Below, piece by piece: positions 11,200-26,869 of a DNA stretch of 64,000 nucleotides. Under the pieces are notes generated by a model that searched no databases, was not told where the DNA came from, and saw nothing but the letters and a program-made list of their open reading frames with translations. This DNA comes from Octopus vulgaris (lineage: Eukaryota), in NCBI GenBank assembly GCA_951406725.2, contig OX597818.1, positions 5,642,001 to 5,706,000 of the forward strand, written 5' to 3'. Position numbers and translations under genes: made by a program. Numbering within the stretch: position 1 is the first letter of the stretch; each line of letters begins with the position of its first letter.

Positions 11200-12620
11200 T
11201 TAAAACTCCGAAGATTAAAAAATGTGTTCGTTGCAGCTACCAATAGCATCAATAGTCGAAATATATAAGCTGGGGAAGATACGGACGGTCATGATGCTGA
11301 GAGAATCGAAGGATATGGAAATCAGGCGTAACCCACCAGAGGTGAAAACAGCCAGGAAGTGGAAAGCAGAAGCAGAAACTGACAACATCTTGTCTTCTCT
11401 TATACACAGAGATATGGTGGGAGCAACGCAGAACCATCGGAAAGGACTTGGTTTCGGCACAGATCAGTTCAGACCGTTTGCAAGCATGATGCAGAGTGAA
11501 CGCAGATCTGTTGTTAGCAACAGCGTCAAAACAAGAGAAGCAGAGAGAAGAGAGCTTCATTTGATCCGATGTGTTCATCAAGATCAGATGACGAGATGGG
11601 AAGAACATGTTGTTGAGAGGAAGATAAGTTGGGATGAGATGTGGAAGTGGACGACATCTCGGCTGAGTTTCCTGATTCGTTCATCTTATGATGTTTTGCC
11701 ATCATCTACGAATCTAGTTAGATGAAACGTCTTAGAGAATGACATCTGCAAATGTGGAAAGGTCGGTACACTAAAACATATTCTTTCTAACTCTTATTTA
11801 GCATTGAACAGGTATACATGGAGGCACAACTTGGTCCTTAAGGTTATCTTCAATGCTATAAAGAATCAAATTCATCTCAACAACACTGAGGAAAAACCGT
11901 TAACAGTACCATCAAGAGATTTCATTACCTTCGTGCGACCAGGTCAGCGGATCCGTTTGAAGATGATCAAGAAACTTCCTGAGAAAAATGAGAAGTGGAA
12001 CGGCTAAAGGGAGGTAACTGCAGATTTACCTGGGTGCCACATTTTCTTTCCCATCCCAGTTTCGAAAAAAACAGATATTTTGATGTGGTGTGAAAGAAAG
12101 AAAGTTGTAAATATAGTTGAGCTAACGGTTCCTCATGAAATTATATGGACGCCGCTCGGGCTCGAAAATTGAACCGTTATGAAAATCTCCTCGAGAAATG
12201 TGAAGACGCAGGCTGGAAAGCGGAACATTTTCCTATCGAAGTCGGATGTAGAGGGTTTGTTGGACACAGCGTGAGACGACTGTTGTTATCGATAGGCTTA
12301 ACTCTTCGTAAAGTCAATACCACCATGACTGATATCCAATCTACAGTGGAGAAGGCTAGCCACTGGATTTGGTTAAAAAGAGACGATGAGCGATGGCTAG
12401 AAGTATATTGAGTTCTTCATAACCAGCTCATCTAGCAAGCGGGGCCTCATATCAGTGAGGGTGGGTGGGTGGTGCGCATTGATGCCGTCGAGAGGTAGGC
12501 CCCGAAGCGGCGCGCATTCTCTCTTGATGACCCCATACACTTGGTAGCTTCCGGTATACGGAGCTTTTAACTGGTAGCACTTGCATGTGCAAGTTGTTTG
12601 CAAGACATCAAAATTAATAT
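11200..12620 (+). mobile_element. 5'-truncated HERO-clade non-LTR retrotransposon (restriction-like endonuclease type), decayed
   Basis: LQLPIASIVEIYK...KTARKWKA...DMVGATQNHRKGLG; RLSFLIRSSYDVLP; CKCGKVGTLKHIL; RYTWRHN; DIL...VELTVPHE; RKLNRY; FPIEVGCRGF. Stops and frameshifts present; structured 3' UTR. Confidence 0.82.
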
Positions 12621-12713
12621 TGGATATATATGTATATATATATATACATACATATATATATATATATATATGTATGTATATATATATATGTATGTATATA
12701 TATATATGTATGT

Positions 12714-12768
<55 letters not shown>

Positions 12769-12807
12769 TATGTATATATATGTATGTATATATATATATA
12801 TATTATG

Positions 12808-12919
<112 letters not shown>

Positions 12920-13069
12920 AGTGTATATATATATATGTATATATATATGTATATATATATGTATATATATATATATATGTGTATATATATGTATATATAT
13001 ATGTGTATATATATGTGTATATATATATGTATATATATGTGTGTATATATATGTGTATATATATATATG

Positions 13070-13114
<45 letters not shown>

Positions 13115-13153
13115 TTTTATATGTATATATATATGTGTATATATATGTATATA

Positions 13154-13262
<109 letters not shown>

Positions 13263-13275
13263 GTATATATATATG

Positions 13276-13306
<31 letters not shown>

Positions 13307-13399
13307 GTATATATGTATGTATATATATGTATATATGTATGTATATATGTATATATATATATGTATATACATATATATATATATATGTATATATATATG

Positions 13400-13474
<75 letters not shown>

Positions 13475-13501
13475 ATATATATATGTGTATATATATGTAT
13501 A

Positions 13502-13552
<51 letters not shown>

Positions 13553-13665
13553 GTATATATATATATGTATATATATGTGTATATATATGTATATGTATAT
13601 ATGTATATGTATATATGTATATGTATATATGTATATGTATATATGTATATGTATATATGTATATG

Positions 13666-13713
<48 letters not shown>

Positions 13714-14276
13714 ATATATGTATATATATATATGTATATGTATATATGTATATATATATATGTATATGTATATATGTATATATATATATGTATATGTATA
13801 TATGTATATGTATATATGTATATATATATATGTATATATATATATGTATATATATATGTATATATATATATGTATATGTATATATATATGTATAAAAATA
13901 TATATATATATATATATGTATATATATGTGTATATATATGTGTATATATATGTGTATATATATATATGTGTATATATATATGTATATATATATGTATATA
14001 TATATATGTATATATATATATGCATATATATATATGTATATATATATATGCATATATATATATGCATATATATATATGTATATATATATATGCATATATA
14101 TATGTATATATATGTATATACATATGTGTTTTTATATGTATATATATATGTGTATATATATGTATATATATATATGTATATATATATGTATATATATATG
14201 TATATATATGTATATATATATGTATATATATGTATATATATATATGTATATATATGTATATATATATATGTATATA

Positions 14277-14345
<69 letters not shown>

Positions 14346-14372
14346 GTATATATATATGTATATATATAAATA

Positions 14373-14417
<45 letters not shown>

Positions 14418-14670
14418 GTGTGTATATATATATATATGTATATATATGTGTGTATATATATATGTGTATATATATATGTATATAAATATATATGTATATA
14501 TATGTGTATATATATATGTATATAAATATATATGTATATATACATATGTATATATATATGTATATATATATATGTATATATATGTGTATATATATGTATA
14601 TATATATGTATATATATGTATATATATGTGTATATGTATATGTATATATGTATATGTATATATGTATATG

Positions 14671-14715
<45 letters not shown>

Positions 14716-14881
14716 AAAGTCAAATGCGATACAATAAAATTAATTATTATCGCCGATGTTCTAGCACACGCCATATATTATTCATATATAAGTACATTAA
14801 AAAGCGAAGTGTGTACTAGATACACAAAAGCTGGATAAATTTAATGAGATGAAAATTAAAAACTTTTACAAACTTAGTTCT

Positions 14882-14954
14882 TCTTATACTGCAGTTTCGC
14901 CTATTTCAGCAATAAAAATAATATTTATTTACTCAGGTAGGCTCTTCAGTAAGA
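14882..14954 (-). ncRNA. Minimal type I hammerhead ribozyme (Penelope pLTR type)
   Basis: Minus strand: UCUUA CUGAAGA GCCUA [long AU loop] UAGGC GAAA CUGCAG UA|UAAGA. Intact core, perfect stems I and II, palindromic stem III. Confidence 0.85.
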
Positions 14955-15161
14955 TTCCTGTTATTATGGGAAGCGCAAATCAATAGAGGCACGTGCGTCT
15001 ATTAAATTGCTCTTTCTAAACTATTCAAATCACTGCGCAGACTCAGAACGTACCCGACAAAATAGGCTTTTCTGGTATATCGTCTAACGCTCAAAAATTT
15101 ATCGAGAAAATACGTAAACAATATGTATATATATATATATGTATATATATATATGTATATA

Positions 15162-15218
<57 letters not shown>

Positions 15219-15367
15219 ATATATATATGTGTATATATATATGTATATATATGTGTATATATATATATGTATATATATATATATGTATATATACATATGT
15301 ATATATATATGTATATATATATATGTATATATATGTGTATATATATGTATATGTATATATGTATATG

Positions 15368-15398
<31 letters not shown>

Positions 15399-15413
15399 GT
15401 ATATATGTATATG

Positions 15414-15520
<107 letters not shown>

Positions 15521-15938
15521 ATATATATATGTATATGTATATATGTATATATATATATGTATATATATATATGTATATATATATATGTATATATATATAT
15601 GTATATATATATATATGTATATGTATATGTATATATATATGTATAAAAATATATATATATATATATATTATATATATGTGTATATATATGTGTATATATA
15701 TATGTATATATATATGTGTATATATATATGTATATATATATGTATATATATATGTATATATATATATGCATATATATATATGTATATATATATATGCATA
15801 TATATATATGCATATATATATATGTATATATATATATGCATATATATATGTATATATATGTATATACATATGTGTTTTTATATGTATATATATATGTGTA
15901 TATATATGTATATATATATGTATATATATATGTATATA

Positions 15939-16002
<64 letters not shown>

Positions 16003-16161
16003 GTATATATATATATGTATATATATATATGTATATATATATATGTATATATATATATGTATATATATATATGTATATATATATGTATATATATGTATAT
16101 ATATATGTATATATATAAATATATATGTGTATATATATATATGTATATATATATATGTATA

Positions 16162-16194
<33 letters not shown>

Positions 16195-16417
16195 GTGTGT
16201 ATATATATATGTGTATATATATATGTATATAAATATATATGTATATATATGTGTATATATATATGTATATAAATATATATGTATATATACATATGTATAT
16301 ATATATGTATATATATATATGTATATATATGTGTATATATATGTATATATATATGTATATATATGTATATATATGTGTATATGTATATGTATATATGTAT
16401 ATGTATATATGTATATG

Positions 16418-16464
<47 letters not shown>

Positions 16465-16630
16465 AAAGTCAAATGCGATACAATAAAATTAATTATTATC
16501 GCCGATGTTCTAGCACACGCCATATATTATTCATATATAAGTACATTAAAAAGCGAAGTGTGTACTAGATACACAAAAGCTGGATAAATTTAATGAGATG
16601 AAAATTAAAAACTTTTACAAACTTAGTTCT

Positions 16631-16703
16631 TCTTATACTGCAGTTTCGCCTATTTCAGCAATAAAAATAATATTTATTTACTCAGGTAGGCTCTTCAGTA
16701 AGA
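16631..16703 (-). ncRNA. Minimal type I hammerhead ribozyme, duplicate of 14882-14954
   Basis: Identical sequence 1749 bp downstream. Confidence 0.85.
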
Positions 16704-16930
16704 TTCCTGTTATTATGGGAAGCGCAAATCAATAGAGGCACGTGCGTCTATTAAATTGCTCTTTCTAAACTATTCAAATCACTGCGCAGACTCAGAACGT
16801 ACCCGACAAAATAGGCTTTTCTGGTATATCGTCTAACGCTCAAAAATTTATCGAGAAAATACGTAAACAATATGTATATATATATATATGTATATATATG
16901 TATATGTATATGTATATATATATGTATATG

Positions 16931-16962
<32 letters not shown>

Positions 16963-16989
16963 GGTATATTATTTAGTAGTATAATAAAT

Positions 16990-17690
16990 AATATCAGTGG
17001 CTACTGAAATCGTGAACCGCGCAGATAAGTTGAAAAAATATGACGGTACTGGAAGAGTATCAGCTTTGCTAGAGAAGTTACAAGTAAAATTACTTCGGAA
17101 ACCACAAATAGCTATAATGAAAGTATAATGAAAATCTGGCAAAGAATAAAAATTTGGCTCCAACATTTGCGAAGGTCGCATAAGAAATAGCAGACGTCTT
17201 AATACTGGTTTCGAGTTCTGAATTGTATATAACCCATGCCGCGAGAGAAGTCAAATTTAAACATATACCCTTCACCATGCTTGCTTGTTAGTTTGATGGC
17301 CCTAGGCACATACGTAGACGATCCAAGTGAATAATTTATAAATAAATATAGAGGTATATTATTAATGATATAATTTATAATATTCGTGGCTATTCAAAGC
17401 GTGAACCGCGTAGGCAAGTTTTTAAAAAAAATATGATGGTACTGGAAGAGAACTAGATTTGAGATTTGCTAGAGATAGATTTCCGAAACCACATATAATT
17501 CACGAACAAACAAGCATGGTGAAAGGAATGTGTTTCAATTTGACTACTGTCGCTGTAAGCTGAATTGAAGATGGCTTAAAAATGTTTAATCTAGAACTCG
17601 AAACTGGCATTAAGCTATCTCATATTCCATCTGTGACCTTCACAAAGGTTGGAGCCTGATTTTTATTCCTTACGCGATTTTCCCCATGCT
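16990..17690. repeat. Diverged direct-plus-inverted duplication (A-B, then A-inverted B)
   Basis: ~16990-17110 resembles ~17379-17497 in direct orientation; ~17115-17289 is the reverse complement of ~17507-17690 (e.g. TTCACCATGCTTG / CAAGCATGGTGAA). Confidence 0.75.
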
Positions 17691-17753
17691 TCTTCGAAAA
17701 GGGAATGTATGACAAGTATTATCTTTGAGAGACAGAGATAATTAAATGTAAAC

Positions 17754-18110
17754 ATGGTACTACATGTAGGATCTGTCTACCTACATAATAGTTGCATTGA
17801 AGCCACTTTAATAACAGGCGAACAAGAAGGAATGCACTTCTTAGTACCCCGCATAAAACTGGCTAAAAATAACTTCCATCTTCCTTTCATTTCGGAAAGA
17901 GTTACGTTCCCTGTAAGGCTGTGCTACTCTCTTACAGTAAATAAGGCACAGAGACACATATTTAACAACATTGGAATATATTTGCCACATCATGTGTTCA
18001 GTAATGGGCAATTATATGAGGAATTTACTAGGGCCTGGAAATTATCTGATGGGGCTGGAAGAGTAGTTGAAACCAAGAGACAAGGTAAACAACAAGAAAT
18101 ATTTTGTATA
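17754..18110 (+). mobile_element. Helitron RepHel PIF1-helicase C-terminal fragment (decayed)
   Basis: IEATLITG...LVPRIKL...LPF...FPVRLCYSLTVNKAQ...GIYLPHHVFSNGQLY...TRA matches PIF1 motifs V-VI of Helitrons. Confidence 0.85.
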
Positions 18111-18440
18111 AATAAGTGCTGTGAGAGTAAATCTAGAATTTTATTCATCTCATGTATACGTATATCATTTAAGTTACATTCAGTTCAAACAGTTTGCAAA
18201 GCCTCTTCTGTGATTACATACAGTGATTTCATATACATTTAAATTTGTTCGTTTTGTATTTCTGTTTCTATATGTATCTCATACAAGGTTCGTAGAGTAC
18301 CGTTTGTGATGTAGAATGTATCTATTTCAGTAAGATCACATTTTTGTTGTTTTACGTACTTGTCATAAGCATATGAAATGTTGCTTGTATTTATTTGCTT
18401 TGTAAATATGTAATAAAATTGTAAATATTAAATATTTAAT

Positions 18441-18493
<53 letters not shown>

Positions 18494-20863
18494 AGTTTTA
18501 TCTTTTTAATTCATTTTTTCCGTGAACTATGAAATATTTGTCATAATATTTGTCAAACGTATTATAAGAAGGTGAATAATCAATACATTCGAAATTCATT
18601 TAAGGTATATTTAAAAACACCGTTTTGATTAAATGGCCTGGTATCAAAAGAATTTTTTGAAACTCCTTGTTTGTGCTTAATATACTCACTTAATGTTTTC
18701 GAATGTGCTTTGACTGTAGAATTTCCACAGGTCTCGCTAGTAGATATTATTTCAGTTCGCTTTGAATTTAAGCAGGTTTGTGTTAATAACGTTGTGTTAG
18801 CAAATATTTTCAGATACACCAATTTGACAGATATTTTATATCTGATATTTTATACCTTCTTTCTCCCCCCTCTCTCACCCTGTACATATATATACATATA
18901 TATATTATATACAGAAGATACCAAATCCTTGCATATGATGTATGTTGATTTTATTTAAGCATTTACTGATCCATATAGGCCCGGTCAATAGCACCTATAT
19001 GCGTATCGTTTATATCGAGAGTGCGTCTCCACAGTAGACCACTGAGTACTGGAGTAATGTCAATTTCATCATTTCGGATAAACCTGTGCGCTTTTACTGT
19101 AGCATATTGTACTAAACAGCGACGTTTATTGTAACCTAAGCAGATTTCTGTCTTTTGATGCAGCCCTTTTTTTATACTGATTCCCACGTCAGGTAGCAGG
19201 GGAACGGATCATGCATATGTTCTTAGCAGCGTTTTGCAATTTTGTTTCAAAATATTAAGCCTCAAAAATAAAGAAGCATTATTCTGACCAATAAACTCTG
19301 TGAACACTCGAAAGATATGTCAAAACTGAAAACATTAATTTCACAGTTACTTCAACTTTACATATCTAAACATATCTTAGTAGTACAATATTAAAAAGCG
19401 AATGTGCAGCACTCATTTACAAAGTATAATATTTTAAAAAATCACAGCATTCGATTCCTGCCTCCTTGATATGAAAAGATCTTCTTGCTTCCTCATAATC
19501 TTAGTCAATACTTCAAGTACAAGTGTGATTTTTATTCCTGTTATCGACATTGTACTAGGGATTGTTGAATAATATTCAGCCCTTCTCGAGAAAATAATTA
19601 CACAAGCATACTTGCCAATTTGGGAAACCTTTGTATCTAAGAGCAATAGCTACTTTATAAAATTGCTGAAGACATCCTCTACTTAAAGTACTCGATGGTG
19701 GGTACACTCTTTCAGAAAAACAAGAGAACAGGTGATATAATGTTAATGCTATGAAGCTTCATTCAACAACAGAGGGAAGAGTGATGTCTAGAAGTATCAA
19801 GAAATCAAATGAGCGAAATGATTATTATTGATCAAAAGTAGCAGTGCATATAAGGTTATATTTCTACGGAGGCATGTCTACACTATTACATTTCGGGTAT
19901 ATATATTCAACTAGAATAACAAATTCGATTATACCACCAACTATTTCTAGTAGTTTACAGTCATAAGTTGACAAAAGAATATAAAAGTGTAGTGAGTAGC
20001 CATCGCTTAATTATATTTAGTTGACTTAGAATGAAAATTATTTTAACTATTAATTCCTGAATTAATACAAAGAATGTATAAAAAACAACATTTCTATGTA
20101 TTAATGAAATATGTTGGGATGATCTACTTTATTCGCGCGGAAATGTTTCTCAGTTAATTAAAATCTCACTCTTAGATATAAACAGCAAGGTCTCAGGTTT
20201 TATATAGATTTTGAAGAAATGAAATCTTGGATTGCCTTTAAAAGCAAGGCACATATAATGGACGTATTTCAGTCTATACGAGATCACCCGATTCAACATT
20301 TAGCAATAATTAGCTACGACCAACTTTTCATAACCATTTACATAATGATGACATATACACTAGAGAAAATAACATACTTCAGTCAAATGCACGAACTCAA
20401 CTAAATGGAGAAATGATGCTCAAATAATCATTCACAAAAACATTCGTAGGCCGTTGAAATTTCAGTTTGTAGAATTAAACAAAATACTTAAAAGTTAGAG
20501 TTTATAAAACATGGGTAACGCAATTTTAATGAGGAAAGAATACCTTATACTTAATTGAAATGTATTGGAAAAGGGACCCCGATGTTTGGAGAGAATTTAC
20601 AAATACTGACATACATATTAGTATTTGTAAGATCCTATTTATGTAGTAAAAATAACTGAAAAATTGATAAGGTGAGAAAGAATGTTACATATTGAAAACT
20701 GTTATGAATAATATTATGTCTGTAAAATTTGTATAATAATAAAAATAAGCTAAGTGGGATTACTTGAATTATTTTTTTTAGTTATTAAATTATGTGTATT
20801 AGTTGAATTGCATTTACTAAATACATGTGAATGGGATATCTGCATATATACAATACACATAAT

Positions 20864-21054
20864 ACTTTCTACCGTGTGTACGAGGCCAGCCATTTTACGG
20901 GAAGTGGAAATTGATTAACATCGAGCCCGGCATCCAAATGGTACTTATTTTATCGCTGTCAACCTTAGTGGCATTTGAACTCAGAGCATATAAACCTGCA
21001 GAAATACTAGAATTTTGTCCGGCGCGGTAACGATTCTCAGGGCTCACTGCCTTA
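20864..21054 (-). mobile_element. Decayed tRNA-derived SINE, head related to the 55736 family
   Basis: Reverse complement gives GGCAGTGAGC...AGAATCGTTACCGCGCCGGACAAAAT...GAGTTCAAATGCC...GATAAAATAAGTACC. Confidence 0.65.
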
Positions 21055-21570
21055 AGTACAAATCTCACTCTAAGCATACTAACTTTATTTATAGGAAAGC
21101 TGTTTTAAATTTATTCCACTTAAAATATTCCTTTATAATTGTGTAAATGATTCTCACTAAATGCCATTTATAAGGGAAATATGCACGAAAAATAGCCATA
21201 AGCATAAGATCTCTATAGATAACATCAAAGGAAACATCAATAAAATACCATATTCACTGTACATTATTACGTGGAAACGGTTGTAACATATGCAGAGAGC
21301 AAAATACTTTGGAAAATATAGTAAAGGCTATCGGTGACAGTTCAAATAATAATTTATTCCTACATATGGGCACGTTTATATACGTATACAATTATATTCA
21401 GATGTTGAGAATCACTTTTGAAGGATTTTTGGAAATACAATTTCTAAATTGCGCTCGCTCCTGTACATAGAAGAGAATAAAGAAACGGAATAAGAATCAA
21501 GAGAAAAAGGAGTAAAACGATTGAGAAAGTGATAGAGAGAGTGGGAGGAATATGTAACGATACACAGAGA

Positions 21571-21642
21571 ACAAAGAGGGAAGTCGAAAAAGATACGACG
21601 CTCAGGACAAAGAGGAAAGTCGAAAAAGATACGACGCTCAGG
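21571..21642. repeat. 36-bp tandem repeat, two copies
   Basis: ACAAAGAGG(G/A)AAGTCGAAAAAGATACGACGCTCAGG twice. Confidence 0.9.
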
Positions 21643-21754
21643 CTAAACATAATTGTAACAAAGAAAAGAAATATAAACAAAAACAAAACACAAAATAATT
21701 AAAATGAAAATATAATTGCATCAGTAATAAGGTAACTCTTAATATAGATAACAC

Positions 21755-21827
<73 letters not shown>

Positions 21828-22902
21828 GCAGTAGTGGGGTTATTGAGACGTGGAAGATATAAATTGACAAATACTTGTAACCATACAGCTGACAACAATT
21901 TTATCAAGTATTACTGGCTACTCGTGCTGATTCATAAAATACTGTTTGAAATCTGGGTCAAAAATTGTACAGGGAATTGTTAAAGGGAATGATAAAAGAA
22001 CACATTTGTAACCGAAAAGGTATCGTCATGAAGAACTACTATAATCTCATACACAAAAACCCGTATACATACACACTTACTTACATACACATGTACATAC
22101 ATACACACACGGATGCACCACACGCACACACACATACACAGAGATGTATACATAATACTCGTATTATCATCTGCTAATTTCTTCACTAGATATACATATA
22201 CTTATTGTCTTAAATGTATTGAAATGTATCTGTCTGAAAACATTTTGAAATAATAATATTGTAAATGAGGTTTTAGACATTAATAGAATTTTCATCCAGT
22301 GATTCCATACGTCAAAAGTGATACATTCTTTTTACGTCGTTCAACTGATTGCTTAATCAATTATTCCGCGCGTTTATGTCAAATTCTAAATATTGTATCT
22401 ACTTGAGTGTTAGTATGTTATCTGATAACTAGTAATAATGTTTATCTTCCGACGCATTCTTACATCACGCTAAAAGTAAAGAAATACTTGTATATTCTCT
22501 CCTTTGTTTTTTAGCGTTGAATATTCTAATATCCTAATACATTATTTTATCAGTTGGTTTTCTAATGTGATTTTAAGAAGGAAATAATTTGCATTAATAC
22601 GTAATGTCTTTTAGATATGGTCTACATGTTCTCTTGAATTATGATCTACTATATATTCCATGTACTTAGTACGGGATATCATTATATTTATAATCCTAAT
22701 TTGGCAAGATAATAAGAGTTATTCTAAAGTTATCTGTATATCTAGCTATCCACTTAATGTTGCCTGTAAATATGGGGACTTATGTAATTGTATTTTCGTA
22801 TATGTTTACCATCTCTGTATGAATAACTGTTTAAGCTGATATATATAAATATATGTATACATAAATTCACATACGTATGTGTCTATGTGCGTGTGTGCGT
22901 GC

Positions 22903-22953
<51 letters not shown>

Positions 22954-23984
22954 TTATAAATTTGTGGCTGATTTAGCGAAATGCTAATGCGTAAACTAAA
23001 AATTAATATAAGCAACAAGGCGAAATGTTATATCATAAAGGAAAAATGTTGTCTTCACGAAGTTGATTAAGTATGCCAAAAAAACTACAATGCTTGAAAT
23101 AAGAGTTAAAAGCCACTTCATGCCCAAAGGAGAGCGCAATATATATACACTAGCAGGGGAAGATACAACCCCATGCTCGTGTTTATAATCACCTCACTAG
23201 ACCTAGATTAGTCTGTTCTGCCGGCCTCGTCAATAGTGACTTCCCAGTCGGTCGATGGCTTGGCAAGTTACGTCTACCAGTATATATAATTTGACCATAG
23301 AAATTTATGGCTAGTTGTGTGTAAATATCTATTTGTGCTTATAGAGTTATGCTTGTTTATTGCACCTTTGTATCATTATATTTATGTGCATATGCGTTTG
23401 CGTTTATATCTACGACCGTCTATGTGTGTATACTTATATAACTCTCCCTCTCTCTTTTCCTGTCTCTCTCTCCCTGTGTCTCTCCCTGTCTCTCTCTCTC
23501 TCTCCCTCTCTCTCCCCATATAATATCTATCTATCTGTTTGTATGTCTGTGTGTATGCGTGTTTTGGGGATTTTATGTTTTAGTTTTTCTTTCCTAAGTT
23601 TCGATTATTTTAATTTTAATTGTTTCTAAAAATTCTAATATATAATCATACTTTCACTATGTTGATAGATATTTTGTCTAGTTTTATTTGTAATTTTCCC
23701 GTATAAATGGCATTGTCTATTTGTTGGATATCGCATTAAAATAAACCATCAAAAAATGTTCCAACGTCCATTATAATTATAATATTATACAACTATTTAC
23801 GTAATATATGTATTGCATATTGAAACAGTAATATTATATGACTAGTATTATTTGTTTTATTTAGATGCATAAATGATGATTTTGAGTCAAAGCTGTAATA
23901 GTTTGAACAAAAGAACAAAAGAACCTGAAACCTCAACGTTATGTACTTATCTTTTACGCAAATAGAAACCTACAAGGTTAGTGC

Positions 23985-24057
23985 CTTCTACTAAAGTTTC
24001 GGGCCGACCAAAGTCTTGTTAGTGGAGTTGGTAGACGGAAACTGAAAGAAACCCGTC
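23985..24057 (+). mobile_element. SINE 3' fragment (second family)
   Basis: GTGGAGTTGGTAGACGGAAACTGAAAGAAACCCGTC, also seen at 61722-61856 (+), 49705-49815 (-) and 51637-51790 (-). Confidence 0.6.
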
Positions 24058-24058
24058 T

Positions 24059-24565
<507 letters not shown>

Positions 24566-25602
24566 CAGGGGTTGAACAAAATAACGGAAACGCTAGCGTA
24601 ACGAAAACACCTGAAATGTTTGCTCTATCAAGAAGTACTGTCTTGAAAGTAAATACAGCCTTTGAGAAAGAGGGAAAATCTCCTCGTCTAAACAAAACTC
24701 CGGAAGAAACCCCAAACTTTCAGATTGGGACGGTCGGACTCTTACGCGAATTGTTAGAAAGATTCCCGAAATTACAGCTCCAAAAATTAATGCAGAGCTT
24801 AATGACTACCTCGGGAACACAGTTTCCACAAAAACTGTTCGCCGGGAGCTGCACAAAGCTGGATTTCACGTTAGGGCTGCAAACAGAAAACCACTACATT
24901 CAACAACAAACGTTACAAAGCGTTTCGAGTGGAGTAAAAACCTACAGAATTGGTCCCTAGAGCAGTGGAAGAATGTTATTTTCTCAGACGAGTGATCCTT
25001 TACCTTATTTCCGACCAGCGGCCCAGTATACGTGTGATGACAGCTAAAAGTAGCACTTGACCCAGACTGGCTTTTTTTAACTGTTAAACATGTAGGGGGA
25101 TGTGTGATGAACTGGAGGGGCATATCTTGGAAATTCGCCGGCGCAATGGTTTCCATTCATGGCAGAATTAATAGTCAAGACTATTTAACCATTTTATCTG
25201 CTCAAATTTATCCTATGTTTGCAGAACTGTCAGGATGATAATGCTCCAATTCACACAGTTAAAGTTGTTTCTGAATGGCACGAGGAACATTCTAGCGAGG
25301 CTGCACATCTTATCTGGCCAGTAGAGTCCCCAGATCTCAGTATCATTGAATATTTATGGTGCATTTTAGAAAACCAAGTAAGGAAATGATATCCTCCACC
25401 ATCATTCACTGCATACATTACGGCGTGGAGACTGTTTTAGCTGATGTATGGACAAAAATTCCCTTGGAAATAATGGAAACTTTGTACAAGTCCATACATC
25501 GTAGAATTCAAGCTGTAATTACTGCCGAATGCGGTCCTACCCCACATTAAGGTAAATTTGTTTGAAATTTTAAGGTGTTTCCATTCTTTTGTCCAACCCC
25601 TC
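24566..25602 (+). mobile_element. Tc1/mariner (DD34E-type) DNA transposon, internally deleted and decayed
   Basis: TIRs CAGGGGTTGAACAAAATAACGGAAAC / GTTTCCATTCTTTTGTCCAACCCCTC flanked by TA. Transposase remnants [47 protein letters not shown]. Confidence 0.9.
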
Positions 25603-25637
<35 letters not shown>

Positions 25638-25714
25638 GCGTGTGTATGTGTGTCTGCGTGTGTGTATGTGTGTGTGTGTGTATGTGTGCGTGCGTGTCTT
25701 TGTGTCTGTCTTCG

Positions 25715-26042
25715 TCCCCCATCATGGCTTGACAACCAGTTTTGGTATGTTTGCGTCACCGTAATCTAGCGATTCGGCAAAAGTGATCAGACAGATTAAG
25801 TACCAGGCTTGGCGAAAGAAAAAAACTCTTCAAGGTGGTGCCCCAGCATGGCCGGAGTCTAATAATTGAAACAAGTAAAATATATAAAAAAAAACAGTTT
25901 GCTTCTTGTATGTGGACCGAGGTCAACATTCGTTTCATCCTTTCGGTATCGATAAAATGAGTATCAGTTGAACACTGAGGTTGAATGAAACGACTCACAC
26001 CAACCTTCGAACCTGCTAGTCCTGTTTCCAAATTTGAAATCA
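25715..26042 (+). mobile_element. Two adjacent decayed SINE fragments
   Basis: 25715-25880 resembles 50100-50290 (-); 25915-26042 contains CCGAGGTCAAC...TTTCATCCTTTCGGTATCGATAAAATGAGTA, shared with the 55736 family. Confidence 0.6.
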
Positions 26043-26869
26043 ATGTATGTAGGTGCATGCGTTTGGATTAAATTCTTACAAAAAACAATAGTGTCATGGA
26101 ACTTGAAATGAACTCAATAAAGACCAAATGCCAGCTGATCGTCCTGATAAAGCTTCAAGAATTTTAGTTCTGATGCTGGAGCAAATCTTACAAAATTACA
26201 TATTTGATGTTCTATGAAATCTAATGTCTCATGTGCACACATTTCAGGTTCTTAAAGTAAATAAATAAATAAATATATGTATTAACTGATTTTTTCATAA
26301 CACAGGACAAAGGAGACAAATATATGATCGTTAAAATTCCTTATCCAGATAATGCACACACAGCTGGTCTTTATTTGTTGTTAAAGCTGCACATGATATA
26401 GGAAGCGTAGTGGCGAGCAGAATACGATTTGCTCTGCGTATTAAATTGAAGCCACAGAAAATAACGTGGACGAGTTACCTTCATAATCATTTAGTGGCGA
26501 CTCCGGTTGCATTTACTAGATACCGCCATATTGTTAATGTCGGTGTTGGAAACAAGAACTCTGGGATAAGTAATCCTTAGTTACTTCAAGAATACGTAGT
26601 TTGCTTCAGTATTAAATGCTGCAATTTCCGATCAATTGACAAAGAATTTTTTAATGGAAACGACAGAAAATATTCAACAAGCTTAAATAATAACTTACCT
26701 CGAATATATACGAGACCGCCATAGATTTGGCAAATAATGAGAATACAACGAAAAGAAATGCCATCGGTAGTATTATACACTAACTATCCTTGAATTGGCG
26801 AATTCATCTATTTCACATTATTGCTTCTTCACTGAGTCGGAGCAACTATTTTGAAGATAAGCATATGCA

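Noticed and set aside
26490-26510. Gypsy PBS-like TGGCGAC and a possible LTR element
   Set aside because: No LTR pair or gag/pol motifs; the downstream sequence fits a Helitron helicase better.
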